Part shown: piece by piece, positions 38,539-47,431 of the stretch
Layout of the letters: each line of letters opens with the position of its first letter
How positions within the stretch are numbered: position 1 is the stretch's first letter
IMG/VR virus record: IMGVR_UViG_2687453119_000006
Location: 32,001-96,000 of that record
DNA: 64,000 nucleotides
Reading direction: 5' to 3' (one strand)
Origin: a virus
Taxonomy: Duplodnaviria; Caudoviricetes
Notes under the pieces: model-generated
Told to the model about the DNA's origin: nothing
What the model saw: the letters and a program-made list of their open reading frames with translations, nothing else
The model's database searches: none
Made by a program: the position numbers and the translations under genes

Positions 38539-40137
38539 ATGGCCGATACCCAACTGAAATACACCCCGTCTCCGAAGACGGGTAACCCCGGTGAATTGTC
38601 GTCCGCGGCAGTCACCATGCAGCAGCGCACGCGCATGCTGCGCGCGGTCTACGGCGGCACCGAAACGATGCGCGCCATGGACAAGGAGTTCCTTCCGCAA
38701 TACGAAAAGGAGTCCGACGCCCGCTACAAGTCGCGCCTGGCCTCCACGTTCGCTCTCAACAAGCTCAGGGAGGCCGTGGATGCGGCTTCCGCAAAACCCT
38801 TCCGGACGCTGCTGAAGGTCAACAACGGCGATCCTGACCTCGATACGTGGGTCCAGGACATCGATTTGCAGGGCAACCACCTGCACGTCTTCGCCCACCA
38901 GTTTTTCAACAACGCCATGCTCGACGGCATGTGCCACATCCTCGTCGATCATCCCGACACCTACAACATGAAGAGCCTGGCGCAGCAGAAGGCATCCGGC
39001 GCCCGGCCGTTCATGAAGATGTTCAAGGTCAACGACGTCGCCGCGGCCTACGACCAGTATGTCGGTGGCGACACCAAGACCGTCCACGTCCGCATCCGCA
39101 GCCAGCGCGCCGAGCGCGACGGCTTCAAGGAGGTGCTCTACAACCAGATGCGGGTCATCGAGATCGACCCAACCAAGACCTCCGGCATCGTTCAACTCTG
39201 GGAGCAGAAGGCGACGTCGGGCGGCTCGAACTGGGACTTCATCGAAGAGGCGCCGCTCCAGAACATGGCCGAGGTTCCGTTCGTCACCATGTATGCCGGC
39301 GAAAAGGAAGCCGACTATCTGGTGCGCCCGGTCTTCATCGATCTCGCCTACAAGCAGATCGAGCACTGGATCTCCAGCTCTGATCAGCGGTCGATCCTGT
39401 CGGCCGCCCGGTTCCCGATGCTGGCGTGCTCCGGCGTCGTGATCGATCCGGAAGACGAGAAGCAGTTCGCGATCGGCCCGTACAAGGTGCTCTACGCGCC
39501 TGAGGCAAATGGTCGCTGGTACTACGTCGAGCCGAAAGGCACGGCGATCGAGTCCGGCGCCAAGGATCTGAACACCCTCGAAATGCAGATGGACATGATG
39601 GCGCTCAACCCGGTCACGGGCACGCACCGTCAGTACGTTCCGCAGAACGAGCGCGACATCCAGGAGACGCGCGTCCACTCGGTCGTCCACGACATGGCCA
39701 TCAACTGCCAGGACTCGATCGAGAAGGCGATCCTGTTCATGGGGCAGTGGACCAACAAGGACTACACCAAGGTCCAGGCGCTCCTGAACACCGAGTTCTC
39801 GAACACGAAGGACCGGCTCGCCGAGGTCGCGCAGCTGGTAAAGATGTGGGAAGAGCGCGGTCTGTCGCGTCAGGCCCTGTTGACCGAGGTGAAGAACCGG
39901 AACCTGCTGGGTGACGACTTCGACATGACGCAGGAGCTGGCGCTGTGGGCCAAGGTTGACGAGCTGATGCAGTCCAACGACGGCATGATGCCGGGCCGCT
40001 GGACTCAGGCCGATCCTGCGAAGGCGCCGGCCGGCGGAGGTCAGACGAGCGGTGCGCCGGCTGCAAACAGCAACACCCCGTCACAGCCTTTGCCGGATTT
40101 CGGTCCGGGCCAGCTTCGGCCGAAAAAGCAAATCTGA
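38539..40137 (+). CDS. Portal protein (DUF4055-like)
   Basis: Follows TerL; GGTETMR..FLPQ..ESDARYKSRL..DIDLQGN. Confidence 0.88.
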   Translation: MADTQLKYTPSPKTGNPGELSSAAVTMQQRTRMLRAVYGGTETMRAMDKEFLPQYEKESDARYKSRLASTFALNKLREAVDAASAKPFRTLLKVNNGDPDLDTWVQDIDLQGNHLHVFAHQFFNNAMLDGMCHILVDHPDTYNMKSLAQQKASGARPFMKMFKVNDVAAAYDQYVGGDTKTVHVRIRSQRAERDGFKEVLYNQMRVIEIDPTKTSGIVQLWEQKATSGGSNWDFIEEAPLQNMAEVPFVTMYAGEKEADYLVRPVFIDLAYKQIEHWISSSDQRSILSAARFPMLACSGVVIDPEDEKQFAIGPYKVLYAPEANGRWYYVEPKGTAIESGAKDLNTLEMQMDMMALNPVTGTHRQYVPQNERDIQETRVHSVVHDMAINCQDSIEKAILFMGQWTNKDYTKVQALLNTEFSNTKDRLAEVAQLVKMWEERGLSRQALLTEVKNRNLLGDDFDMTQELALWAKVDELMQSNDGMMPGRWTQADPAKAPAGGGQTSGAPAANSNTPSQPLPDFGPGQLRPKKQI

Positions 40138-40175
40138 TTGACTTGCGCAAATGCGCATGATAGCAGCGACGCCCC

Positions 40176-40484
40176 ATGGCCGAGATCCGTTTGGAACTGA
40201 AAGCTGAGACCTACTACTGCGAGCCCTGCTCACTGAAGCAAGGCACGCTGGTGCAGGAACTCGTCCGGATGATCCCTCGGTCCGTGGTGCTGTTCGATAA
40301 GCTGGTGGGTGACGAGTACTACTGCTGCCCGATCTGCTTCGAGCCGAAGTTTAACGTTCGTGGCAAAACCCGGGTAAAACATGGGAAATCTAGGGGAGAA
40401 GATCGACCGGTGGCTGCAGATCAGCCCGGAGAACCAGAGGCCGGCCCCCGAAAGCCCACCGGCCCAACCCTCGTCAAAGGCTGA
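40176..40484 (+). CDS. Small zinc-finger protein
   Basis: CEPC and CPIC motifs. Confidence 0.55.
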   Translation: MAEIRLELKAETYYCEPCSLKQGTLVQELVRMIPRSVVLFDKLVGDEYYCCPICFEPKFNVRGKTRVKHGKSRGEDRPVAADQPGEPEAGPRKPTGPTLVKG

Positions 40485-40611
40485 GGAGAACCTGGAGCGG
40501 ATCGCCAAGCATACGGCGGACATCCGCTACCTCGGCCTCCTCGACGCCTTCATGCCCGTAATTGCCCTGGGCCTCATCTGGCTCGGGCTGCGCTGGCTCT
40601 TCAGCCACTGA
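40381..40611 (+). CDS. Small protein with C-terminal transmembrane helix
   Basis: 76 aa; hydrophobic C-terminus; overlaps the previous ORF. Confidence 0.45.
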   Translation: MGNLGEKIDRWLQISPENQRPAPESPPAQPSSKAEENLERIAKHTADIRYLGLLDAFMPVIALGLIWLGLRWLFSH

Positions 40612-40649
40612 CCCGTTTGCAGACCGTTTGCATGCCCGGACAAGGTGGG

Positions 40650-40696
40650 CTTGACAAAACCGCGGTACCGTGCTTATTCATTTGCTTGAATGCAAA
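40650..40696 (+). promoter_or_regulatory. Sigma70-like promoter followed by a TTTGC-N6-GCAAA box
   Basis: CTTGAC-N17-CTTATT, then TTTGCTTGAATGCAAA at 40681. Confidence 0.5.
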
Positions 40697-40700
40697 TGGA

Positions 40701-41024
40701 GTGACCGTGCGGCTCTTCGAACGCAAAACCCTCGTCCAAGCCTTCAAATTGCCCCTCTGGGGCCAGTTTGCTGAGGAGGTTCCGCCCGCCTGGCTGGTCA
40801 AGCGCCTGCAATCGGGCGAGCTGACTATGAACAGCCTCGGCGGCATCACCATGGCGAACCGATGGGGGCACCAGCAGTGCGCTGCTGGCGACGTCGTCCT
40901 GCTCACCGAGCACGACACGATCGAGTTCTCGACACCCGAGGAGTTCGGGCTTCTCAGCGAGCCCAAGCCTCATCGCGATGAAGATGGCGCCTGCTCCCAG
41001 TGCGGCTTCGGCATCGACGACTGA
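40701..41024 (+). CDS. Hypothetical protein
   Basis: ORF followed by a terminator. Confidence 0.55.
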   Translation: MTVRLFERKTLVQAFKLPLWGQFAEEVPPAWLVKRLQSGELTMNSLGGITMANRWGHQQCAAGDVVLLTEHDTIEFSTPEEFGLLSEPKPHRDEDGACSQCGFGIDD

Positions 41025-41048
41025 CCACCGACATTTCGTCCGTACGTC

Positions 41049-41083
41049 ACCCGCTCAGGTTTGCCTGGGCGGGTTTTTGTTTT
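41049..41083 (+). terminator. Intrinsic terminator
   Basis: ACCCGCTCAGG/CCTGGGCGGGT stem plus T-tract. Confidence 0.75.
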
Positions 41084-41262
41084 CCTCACTCCAACTTGCT
41101 CCCCGCCGGGACCAACATCTTGGCGGGGCTTTTTGCGACACGGGTTCGCGCTCCCGTCATTGGTCGAGCGCGATTTCGGCGGTCTCAGCTCGCATCCCGC
41201 ACAAGACGAGCAGGGATACCCAAGAGCGCGCCGCACGCCCGCGCCGCCGCCGAACACTTTCT

Positions 41263-41339
41263 TGGCAAGTAGCTCAGATCGGTAGAGCGCCTCGCTGTTA
41301 ACGAGGATGTCGCAGGTTCGAGTCCTGCCTTGCCAGCCA
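41263..41339 (+). tRNA. tRNA-Asn (GTT)
   Basis: TGGCAAG/CTTGCCA acceptor, CCTCG-CTGTTAA-CGAGG, GCAGG-TTCGAGT-CCTGC, G discriminator, CCA. Confidence 0.93.
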
Positions 41340-41486
41340 GTCTCTCCTGCCACGAGTAGGCAGAGCATACAGGGCCGCTCAGCGGTCCCAGCCAATTCGC
41401 CAGCACTGATCAACCGAGCGCCGGGACGGCCTCGAACGACGATCTGTGCCGGCAAACCTGATTCCCCGGTCCTCGGGGATATCGCC

Positions 41487-41562
41487 GGCCCATCGAGCGG
41501 GATGCTTGACGGGCCTTTTATCACGAGGGGCGGGATGCCCCGCATTTCCGGGATGGATATGC
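41487..41562 (+). promoter_or_regulatory. Three GGGAT-loop hairpins in the scaffold gene leader (candidate translational operator)
   Basis: TCGAGC-GGGAT-GCTTGA, GGGGC-GGGAT-GCCCC, GCATTTCC-GGGAT-GGATATGC. Confidence 0.6.
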
Positions 41563-42446
41563 TTAAAGCAGTCGTAACTGATCTCAATGAACTCGATGAG
41601 GGCCTCCGCGGCTACTACGTGCAGAAGGACGGCAAGTTCTTCCTGAACGTGACGCCGGTCGACGGTTTCCAACTCGACAACACCCAGGGCCTGAAGACGG
41701 CGCTCGGTGCGGAACGCAACAACGTTTCCGTGCTCCAGGCGCAGCTCAAGCCCTACGAAGGCCTCGACGTCGCCGCGGCTCGCACCGCGCTCGAACGCAT
41801 CACCGCCTTCGGAGACATCACGCCGGAAGCCGCGAAGACCGCGGTCGAAACGGCGGCTCGACTGACTGCACTCGATCCCGAGAAGCAGGCCGAGCAGATC
41901 GCCAACACCAAGCTCGAAACCATCAAGGGCCAACTCTCCGCTCAGTACGGACTGAAGGAGACCGAGTGGACCACGAAGGTCAAGGGTCTGGAGGACGCGA
42001 ATGCCAGCCTGGTGGGGCAGCTGAAGACCATCATGGGCGAAAGCCTGATCAAGTCGGAAGTCGCCAAAGCCAACCCCCTGGACGACGCGCGGGATGCCGT
42101 TGAACTCCTGGTGGGCAAGTTCGTCCGCACGTCCATGAAGGACGGCAAGGTCGTCACCGAAGTGATCGACACGAACGGCAACCCCCGCATCAAGGACGTG
42201 AACGGCACCCCGTTCACGGTCGCCGATCTCGTCGCCGAGATCCGCGAGAAATCCGCGTCGCTCTTCAAGCCCGAAGAGAAGCGTGGACTGGGGACCAACC
42301 CCGGAAGCCACAGCGCTGCGCCGGCCGGCGGGGTCGTGAACCCCTGGGCCGCGGAGACGCGCAACATCACCCAGCAAATGGTGCTGGAAAACACCAAACC
42401 TGAACTGGCCAAGCAGCTCAAGGCTGCAGCCGGCGTCAAGGACTAA
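41559..42446 (+). CDS. Head scaffolding protein
   Basis: Coiled-coil protein upstream of the capsid gene; C-terminal NPW..NITQQ motif. Confidence 0.8.
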   Translation: MLKAVVTDLNELDEGLRGYYVQKDGKFFLNVTPVDGFQLDNTQGLKTALGAERNNVSVLQAQLKPYEGLDVAAARTALERITAFGDITPEAAKTAVETAARLTALDPEKQAEQIANTKLETIKGQLSAQYGLKETEWTTKVKGLEDANASLVGQLKTIMGESLIKSEVAKANPLDDARDAVELLVGKFVRTSMKDGKVVTEVIDTNGNPRIKDVNGTPFTVADLVAEIREKSASLFKPEEKRGLGTNPGSHSAAPAGGVVNPWAAETRNITQQMVLENTKPELAKQLKAAAGVKD

Positions 42447-42563
42447 ACACCCAAAACGCTCATTCATTCCGACGCCGGGACGTTCTGCGCCCCCGGCGTT
42501 TGCGTGAATGCAAAAAGCTGCTCCCAAGAGAGCAAAGGCCAGTCATAACCTCAAGAGTGAGAA

Positions 42564-43544
42564 ATGACTGAGACTCGTCTCGCGGACATGATCGTCCCGA
42601 CCAAGTTCAACAAGTACGTTCAGACGCTTTCGACCCAGAAGTCGGAGCTGTTCACGTCGGGCATCATCACCGACCTGACCAGCGTCATCGACTCGGAGAT
42701 CGAGGGCAAGACGGTCAACATGCCGTTCTTCAACGACCTCGACGCGAGCGACTCCGAGCAGGTGCTCGACGACTCGACCGACCTCACCGTTGGCAAGATG
42801 ACGACCGGCCAGGACGTGGCCGTGAAGCTTCTGCGCGGTAAGGCGTTCGGTACGTCCGACCTCGCTGCGGACCTGTCGGGCGCGGACCCGATCGACGCGA
42901 TCGCCAACCGTTTCGCCGACTGGTGGAACAAGCGTATGCAGACCGCTCTGCTCTCGACCCTCTCGGGCGCGATGGGCGCGGCCTCCATGGCGGCCAACGT
43001 CAACGACATCTCCGGCCTGACCGGCGGTGCGCAGTACTTCGACGCCGACTCCTTCATCGACTCGGCCTTCTTGCTCGGTGACGAGCAGGGCGGTCTGACC
43101 GGTGTCGCGGTCCACTCGCTGACCCTGAAGGCGATGGTCAAGGCTGACCTGATCGACTTCGTGCCCGACAGCCAGGGCAAGCTGACCATCCCGACCTACC
43201 TCGGCAAGTCCGTGCTGGTCGACGACAGCATGCCGGTGAGCGGCGCGGGCGCGACCCGCATCTTCACCACCTACATCTTCGGCCCCGGCGCCATCGGCTT
43301 CGGCGAGAAGTCGCCCAAGGTGCCGGTGGAAGTCGAGCGCCAGGCTCTGAAGGGCATGGGCCAGGAGTACATCGTCAACCGCCGGCAGTGGGTCATGCAT
43401 CCCCGCGGCGTGAAGTGGCTGGGCGGCACCCAGGCCGGCGTGACGCCGTCCAACGCCGAGCTGGCGACCGCGACGAACTGGCAGCGCGTCTATGACGCGA
43501 AGCTCGTCCGCATCGTGGCCTTCAAGCACATGCTGGCCTCCTAA
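42564..43544 (+). CDS. Major capsid protein
   Basis: TRLADMIVP, TVNMPFFNDL, DLAADLSGADP, MHPRGVKW; strong codon bias. Confidence 0.92.
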   Translation: MTETRLADMIVPTKFNKYVQTLSTQKSELFTSGIITDLTSVIDSEIEGKTVNMPFFNDLDASDSEQVLDDSTDLTVGKMTTGQDVAVKLLRGKAFGTSDLAADLSGADPIDAIANRFADWWNKRMQTALLSTLSGAMGAASMAANVNDISGLTGGAQYFDADSFIDSAFLLGDEQGGLTGVAVHSLTLKAMVKADLIDFVPDSQGKLTIPTYLGKSVLVDDSMPVSGAGATRIFTTYIFGPGAIGFGEKSPKVPVEVERQALKGMGQEYIVNRRQWVMHPRGVKWLGGTQAGVTPSNAELATATNWQRVYDAKLVRIVAFKHMLAS

Positions 43545-43576
43545 TCGTCTGACGACGGTTAGAGCCTGAAACACAA

Positions 43577-43610
43577 GACCCTCCTCGGGAAACCGGGGAG
43601 GGCTCTTTGT
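43577..43610 (+). terminator. Probable terminator after the capsid gene
   Basis: CCCTCCTCGG-GAAA-CCGGGGAGGG then CTCTTTGT. Confidence 0.6.
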
Positions 43611-43626
43611 GACTCTGGAGACAATC

Positions 43627-44091
43627 ATGTTTGGAACGAAAGGCTACAAAGTGCGCGAAGCAGCTGCGTACCGCAAGAACCGCGTACAGCGACTGGTCTC
43701 GGAAGAGGTCAGGGCCGCTCGTTTCGCCAACTTGCACGGCAATGCCGAGCCGAAGGCGGCGGAGCACGATCGCAAGGATCATGCCCATAAGCCGCGTGTT
43801 CACGCGCACGGCGAAGTGACCGCTCAGGTGGAGCCGGTCGAGACGCCGGCTGGTGAGCCGGAAGTGCAGGCTCAGCAGGGCGAACAGTCGGAGCAGGCCG
43901 AACCGGCCGCTGGCGAGAATTCCGACGCTGGCGATCAGCCCGTCGAGCCGGAAGCCGACGCTGACGAAGAGGCGAAGGAAGCTGCCGCCAAGGAAGCCGA
44001 GCGGGTCGCTGCCGAGAAGGCCGCTGCCAAGGAAGCCGCCAAGGCTGCTGCGAAGGCTGCCGCCAAGGCCAAGGCCGCTGCCAAGAAGTAA
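43627..44091 (+). CDS. Hypothetical protein with Ala/Lys-rich tail
   Basis: GGAG RBS; AAK repeats. Confidence 0.65.
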   Translation: MFGTKGYKVREAAAYRKNRVQRLVSEEVRAARFANLHGNAEPKAAEHDRKDHAHKPRVHAHGEVTAQVEPVETPAGEPEVQAQQGEQSEQAEPAAGENSDAGDQPVEPEADADEEAKEAAAKEAERVAAEKAAAKEAAKAAAKAAAKAKAAAKK

Positions 44092-44100
44092 GGAATTGTG

Positions 44101-44517
44101 ATGGGCTACGCCAGCAAGGAAGACATCGACAAGCTGTACGGCACCGATCTCCTAGTTCGCGTGGCCGATTACAACAAGGACGGCACCCCGGACCCCGACG
44201 TCATCGAGCGCGGTCTGGAGGCTGCCGACGAGATCTGCGACGCCTATCTGTCGGCTCAGTACACCATACCGGTCGTGCCGACGCCGGGTGTTGTGAAGAA
44301 CTGCGCGATCGACATCGCCGTCTACAAGATGGCGCTCGGCCGCGGCAGCCGCACCGACGAAATGCGGCTCCGGTACGAAGATGCTCTGGCGCTGCTGGAG
44401 AAGATCTCGACCGGCAAGGTCGGTCTCGGCCTTCCTCCTGTTACCGGAGAGGACGGAACGACGATTGACCCGAACACGAAGCGGAGCGGACGGTCGTTCG
44501 ACTGCGGGCGGGCGTAA
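44101..44517 (+). CDS. Head-tail adaptor (Mu gp36 / DUF1320-like)
   Basis: YAS..I..LYG, DAYLSAQY.IP, DIAVY, RYEDALALL..ISTGK. Confidence 0.85.
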   Translation: MGYASKEDIDKLYGTDLLVRVADYNKDGTPDPDVIERGLEAADEICDAYLSAQYTIPVVPTPGVVKNCAIDIAVYKMALGRGSRTDEMRLRYEDALALLEKISTGKVGLGLPPVTGEDGTTIDPNTKRSGRSFDCGRA

Positions 44518-44999
44518 TGCCAAGCCTCAGCGTTCGCGTCGACCAGGCGACACTCGCGCGGGTCCACAAGCGTCTCGCCACACTGCTGCAGCAGGCGACA
44601 AATCTCGAGCCCGTGATGCGCGAAGCCGCGCAGTACATGCTCAATTCGACGGTCAACCGCATCAAGCGCACCCGGACCGCTCCGGACGGCGAACGATGGG
44701 CTGCCCTGTCAGACATCACCGCCCAGCTCAAGGGCCACGACCGGCCACTGTTTCAGTCCGGCGGGCTGCTCGGCGGCATCCGGATCGCCGACATCAGCAG
44801 CGACGGCTTCATGATCACCTCGGACGCCCCGCATTCGTCCTACATGCAGCGCGGCGTCAAGAAAATGAGAGGCGCCTTCAAGTCAAAGCGCCCATTCCCA
44901 CAAGTTCCAGCCCGTCCGTTCATGGGCTTTTCGGACGAGAACGTCCGGCGCATCGGCAAGATGCTGCGTGACCACATCAAGAAGGGAGGCGGCGAATGA
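44517..44999 (+). CDS. Virion morphogenesis protein (Mu gpG / P2 gpS-like)
   Basis: APDGERWAALS, PARPFMGFS. Confidence 0.85.
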   Translation: MPSLSVRVDQATLARVHKRLATLLQQATNLEPVMREAAQYMLNSTVNRIKRTRTAPDGERWAALSDITAQLKGHDRPLFQSGGLLGGIRIADISSDGFMITSDAPHSSYMQRGVKKMRGAFKSKRPFPQVPARPFMGFSDENVRRIGKMLRDHIKKGGGE

Positions 45000-45577
45000 G
45001 CAAGATCGTCGCTTTCCGCGACAACATCATCGACGCGATCAAGGAGCTGATCCCTGATCTGGACGTCGAATGGTACGACGGCCTGTTCGACGAACACGAT
45101 ATCGCGGACTGGGTGCTCAAGACGCCCTGCGCGCGCGTGGCCGTGATGAACGTGCCAACCAACCATCTCTCGACCGGCGAGCTGAACGCGCACCTCCGGG
45201 TGGTCGTTGTCATCGTCGACGAGAACCGAGCTGTCGATCGCGACGGGGACGCCCGTGCCTGGGAGTTCGTCGAGCAGATCGCTGTCTGGGCTAACCTCAA
45301 TCAGTTCGGCAACCCCGACGCTGCGCCGGCCACGAATGTCAAGTTCCAGCGGCTCAGCCAGCCGGTCCTGCGGCGCGAAGGCGTCTCGGTCGGCGTGGTC
45401 GAGTGGCTGAGCAACCTCACGATCGGCGTGAACCGTGCGCGGCAGCGCGACATGGCGTTCCACCTCGGCCTCCCGGTCGAGAAGATGCCGCTCACCACGG
45501 TCGTCACCAGCAGCGACATCCACCAAGGGGATCGTCACCTGTTCGAGAGCGAGGACGTAACACCGGAAGAAGAATAA
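44996..45577 (+). CDS. Tail completion protein (Mu gp37-like)
   Basis: Position in the neck module; sequence character. Confidence 0.6.
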   Translation: MSKIVAFRDNIIDAIKELIPDLDVEWYDGLFDEHDIADWVLKTPCARVAVMNVPTNHLSTGELNAHLRVVVVIVDENRAVDRDGDARAWEFVEQIAVWANLNQFGNPDAAPATNVKFQRLSQPVLRREGVSVGVVEWLSNLTIGVNRARQRDMAFHLGLPVEKMPLTTVVTSSDIHQGDRHLFESEDVTPEEE

Positions 45578-46794
45578 TGCGCGCACTGCACGCCATTGAG
45601 CGACGACTCCAGGACATGGAGCGCAAGTTCCAGAACAAGGAGCGCCTCGGCAGGATTGTCGACGTCAAGTTCGAGAACCAGCGCTGGTTCGTGAAGATGA
45701 ACGACGGCGAGGATCAAACGCCGAGTGGATCTGGCGGGCAGGGCGGCAGCGGTCGCACCTTCAAGAGCGACTGGATGCCGTGGAAGAGCTTCTCCCACGG
45801 CACCATCAAGATGTCGGTCCCACCGAAGAAGGGCATGCAAGTCCTGATGCGGTCGGTCGCCGGCATGCCCGAGCTGGCCACCGTCGAGCCTCACCACTAC
45901 GGGCCGGACACTCCTTCGCCTCACGGCAAGGAGGACGAGGTCGTCAAGCTGATCGAAGACGAAGATCAGCAGAACGGAGGGCAGGACGGAGAGGGCGATG
46001 GCGCTGAGGCCGGCGGAGAGTCCGGCGGCGAAGAAGGCGGCGACAAGAGGTGGAATCACTGGCTGCGTGAGACCAAAGACACGCACCACCTGATCATCCG
46101 CAAGAAGGATGATCAGCAGCAGGACGACAGCCAAGACCAGACCTCGCCGGAAGCCGGCGGAGGTGGTGGCGGCGAACTGGACGCCATGAACTCGAAAGGC
46201 GGCCAGCGCAAACAGAAGTCCCGCAAGATCCCGGAGGTCGAGGAGGATGGCGACGACGACACCACGCAGGTGAAGTCAACGAAGGAATACATCCTCAAAA
46301 CGGTCGGCAAGAAGAAGTCCTACTACCGGCAGGACGGCGAGAAGGTCCACATCCGCTACGGCGATCAGGACGAGAAAGCCGACATCCTGATGGATGAGAA
46401 CCAGGTCAAGATCCAGTTCAAGGACAAAAAGGCCATGGTGAAGTGGACCGAGGAAGACCTCACGGTCCAGTTCGGCGAGGACGAGAACGCCAAGATGGTG
46501 ATGACCGACGAGGACATCACGATCACTCAGGGCGGCGAAGACGCCTCGAAGATCTTCATCACCGACCACGAGATCGTCGTTTCGCAAGGCGACGACGCTT
46601 CGCGCGTCACGATCCAGCAAGACTACGTCGAAGTGAAGGGCGCCACTGAGTGCTCCTGCGGCGTGGATGGTCGCTGGGTCTACATCAACCAAGGCCGGGT
46701 CAACCTCGGCGTCTCTGGTCCCAAGGAAATGGCCGACAAACGAGTGATGACCGAGGCCGGTCCCTCGCAGGTGGTCTGGGCCAAGATCGGATAA
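45577..46794 (+). CDS. Baseplate spike (gpV-like) with acidic insertions
   Basis: SDWMPW..PPKKGMQV OB-fold motif; C-terminal beta repeats. Confidence 0.75.
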   Translation: MRALHAIERRLQDMERKFQNKERLGRIVDVKFENQRWFVKMNDGEDQTPSGSGGQGGSGRTFKSDWMPWKSFSHGTIKMSVPPKKGMQVLMRSVAGMPELATVEPHHYGPDTPSPHGKEDEVVKLIEDEDQQNGGQDGEGDGAEAGGESGGEEGGDKRWNHWLRETKDTHHLIIRKKDDQQQDDSQDQTSPEAGGGGGGELDAMNSKGGQRKQKSRKIPEVEEDGDDDTTQVKSTKEYILKTVGKKKSYYRQDGEKVHIRYGDQDEKADILMDENQVKIQFKDKKAMVKWTEEDLTVQFGEDENAKMVMTDEDITITQGGEDASKIFITDHEIVVSQGDDASRVTIQQDYVEVKGATECSCGVDGRWVYINQGRVNLGVSGPKEMADKRVMTEAGPSQVVWAKIG

Positions 46795-46805
46795 GAGAGA
46801 GAACA

Positions 46806-47081
46806 ATGCCGAAATACACCGCTGACGTCGCCTTCTGGCACAAGGGCAACCTTGTCCCGGTCGGCGGCACGGTCTCGATGACGAAGGTCGAGGCGAAGTA
46901 TCTCAAGGGCAAGGTGACCGAAGTCGTTCGGACCGCGCCCGCAACTCCTGCGCCGGCGGTGGAAGAGCCCAAGGCCGAGGCGCCGGCGCTCGGCGCCGCT
47001 GTCGTCGAGCATCCCAATCCGCGTCCCCACAAGAAGCGCAAGGCTGAAGTGAAGGACGGCGATAATGGCGACGTCAACTGA
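46806..47081 (+). CDS. Hypothetical protein
   Basis: GAGAG RBS; between gpV-like and gpW-like genes. Confidence 0.6.
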   Translation: MPKYTADVAFWHKGNLVPVGGTVSMTKVEAKYLKGKVTEVVRTAPATPAPAVEEPKAEAPALGAAVVEHPNPRPHKKRKAEVKDGDNGDVN

Positions 47082-47421
47082 GCATCTGATTGATATCGAC
47101 CGCTACGCCGGGGAGTTGATCCAAGGCTGGGAGCGGATCAAGCAGAGCATCTTCGTGATCCTCACCACCAGGCTGCGCACTCGTCTGATGCGCCTGTGGT
47201 GGGGCTCCAAGTTCAACGAGATGCAGGACAAGCCCGGCAACGAGGAAGTCCTGATGAGCAGCATGATGGCTGCCATCTCGGCCATCAACACATACGAGCC
47301 GGAGTTCAAGGTGACGCGCGTCGTCATCGAGGACATGGGTCCTGACGGCCAAATCACCATCACGGTCGAAGGCGTCGATCTGGTGGACGAGGCGCTGCGC
47401 CGGCTCAAAACCACCATTTAA
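47065..47421 (+). CDS. Baseplate wedge protein gpW/gp25-like
   Basis: IKQSIFVILTT..TRLMR..WGS, YEP. Confidence 0.88.
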   Translation: MATSTEHLIDIDRYAGELIQGWERIKQSIFVILTTRLRTRLMRLWWGSKFNEMQDKPGNEEVLMSSMMAAISAINTYEPEFKVTRVVIEDMGPDGQITITVEGVDLVDEALRRLKTTI

Positions 47422-47431
47422 GCGAGGGTCA

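Noticed and set aside
38065-39690. Long antisense ORFs (also 61113-62744, 48017-49213, 2965-4005 and others)
   Set aside because: Shadow ORFs caused by high-GC codon bias opposite clear genes
41140-41460. Phage tmRNA suggested by the pseudoknots
   Set aside because: No tRNA-Ala-like acceptor/T-arm domain or tag reading frame found apart from tRNA-Asn
41307-41558. N-terminal extension of the scaffold ORF
   Set aside because: It begins inside tRNA-Asn and crosses the hairpin leader; ATG 41559 is preferred
43975-44088. GCTGCCAAG-type tandem repeats
   Set aside because: Explained by the Ala/Lys low-complexity protein tail
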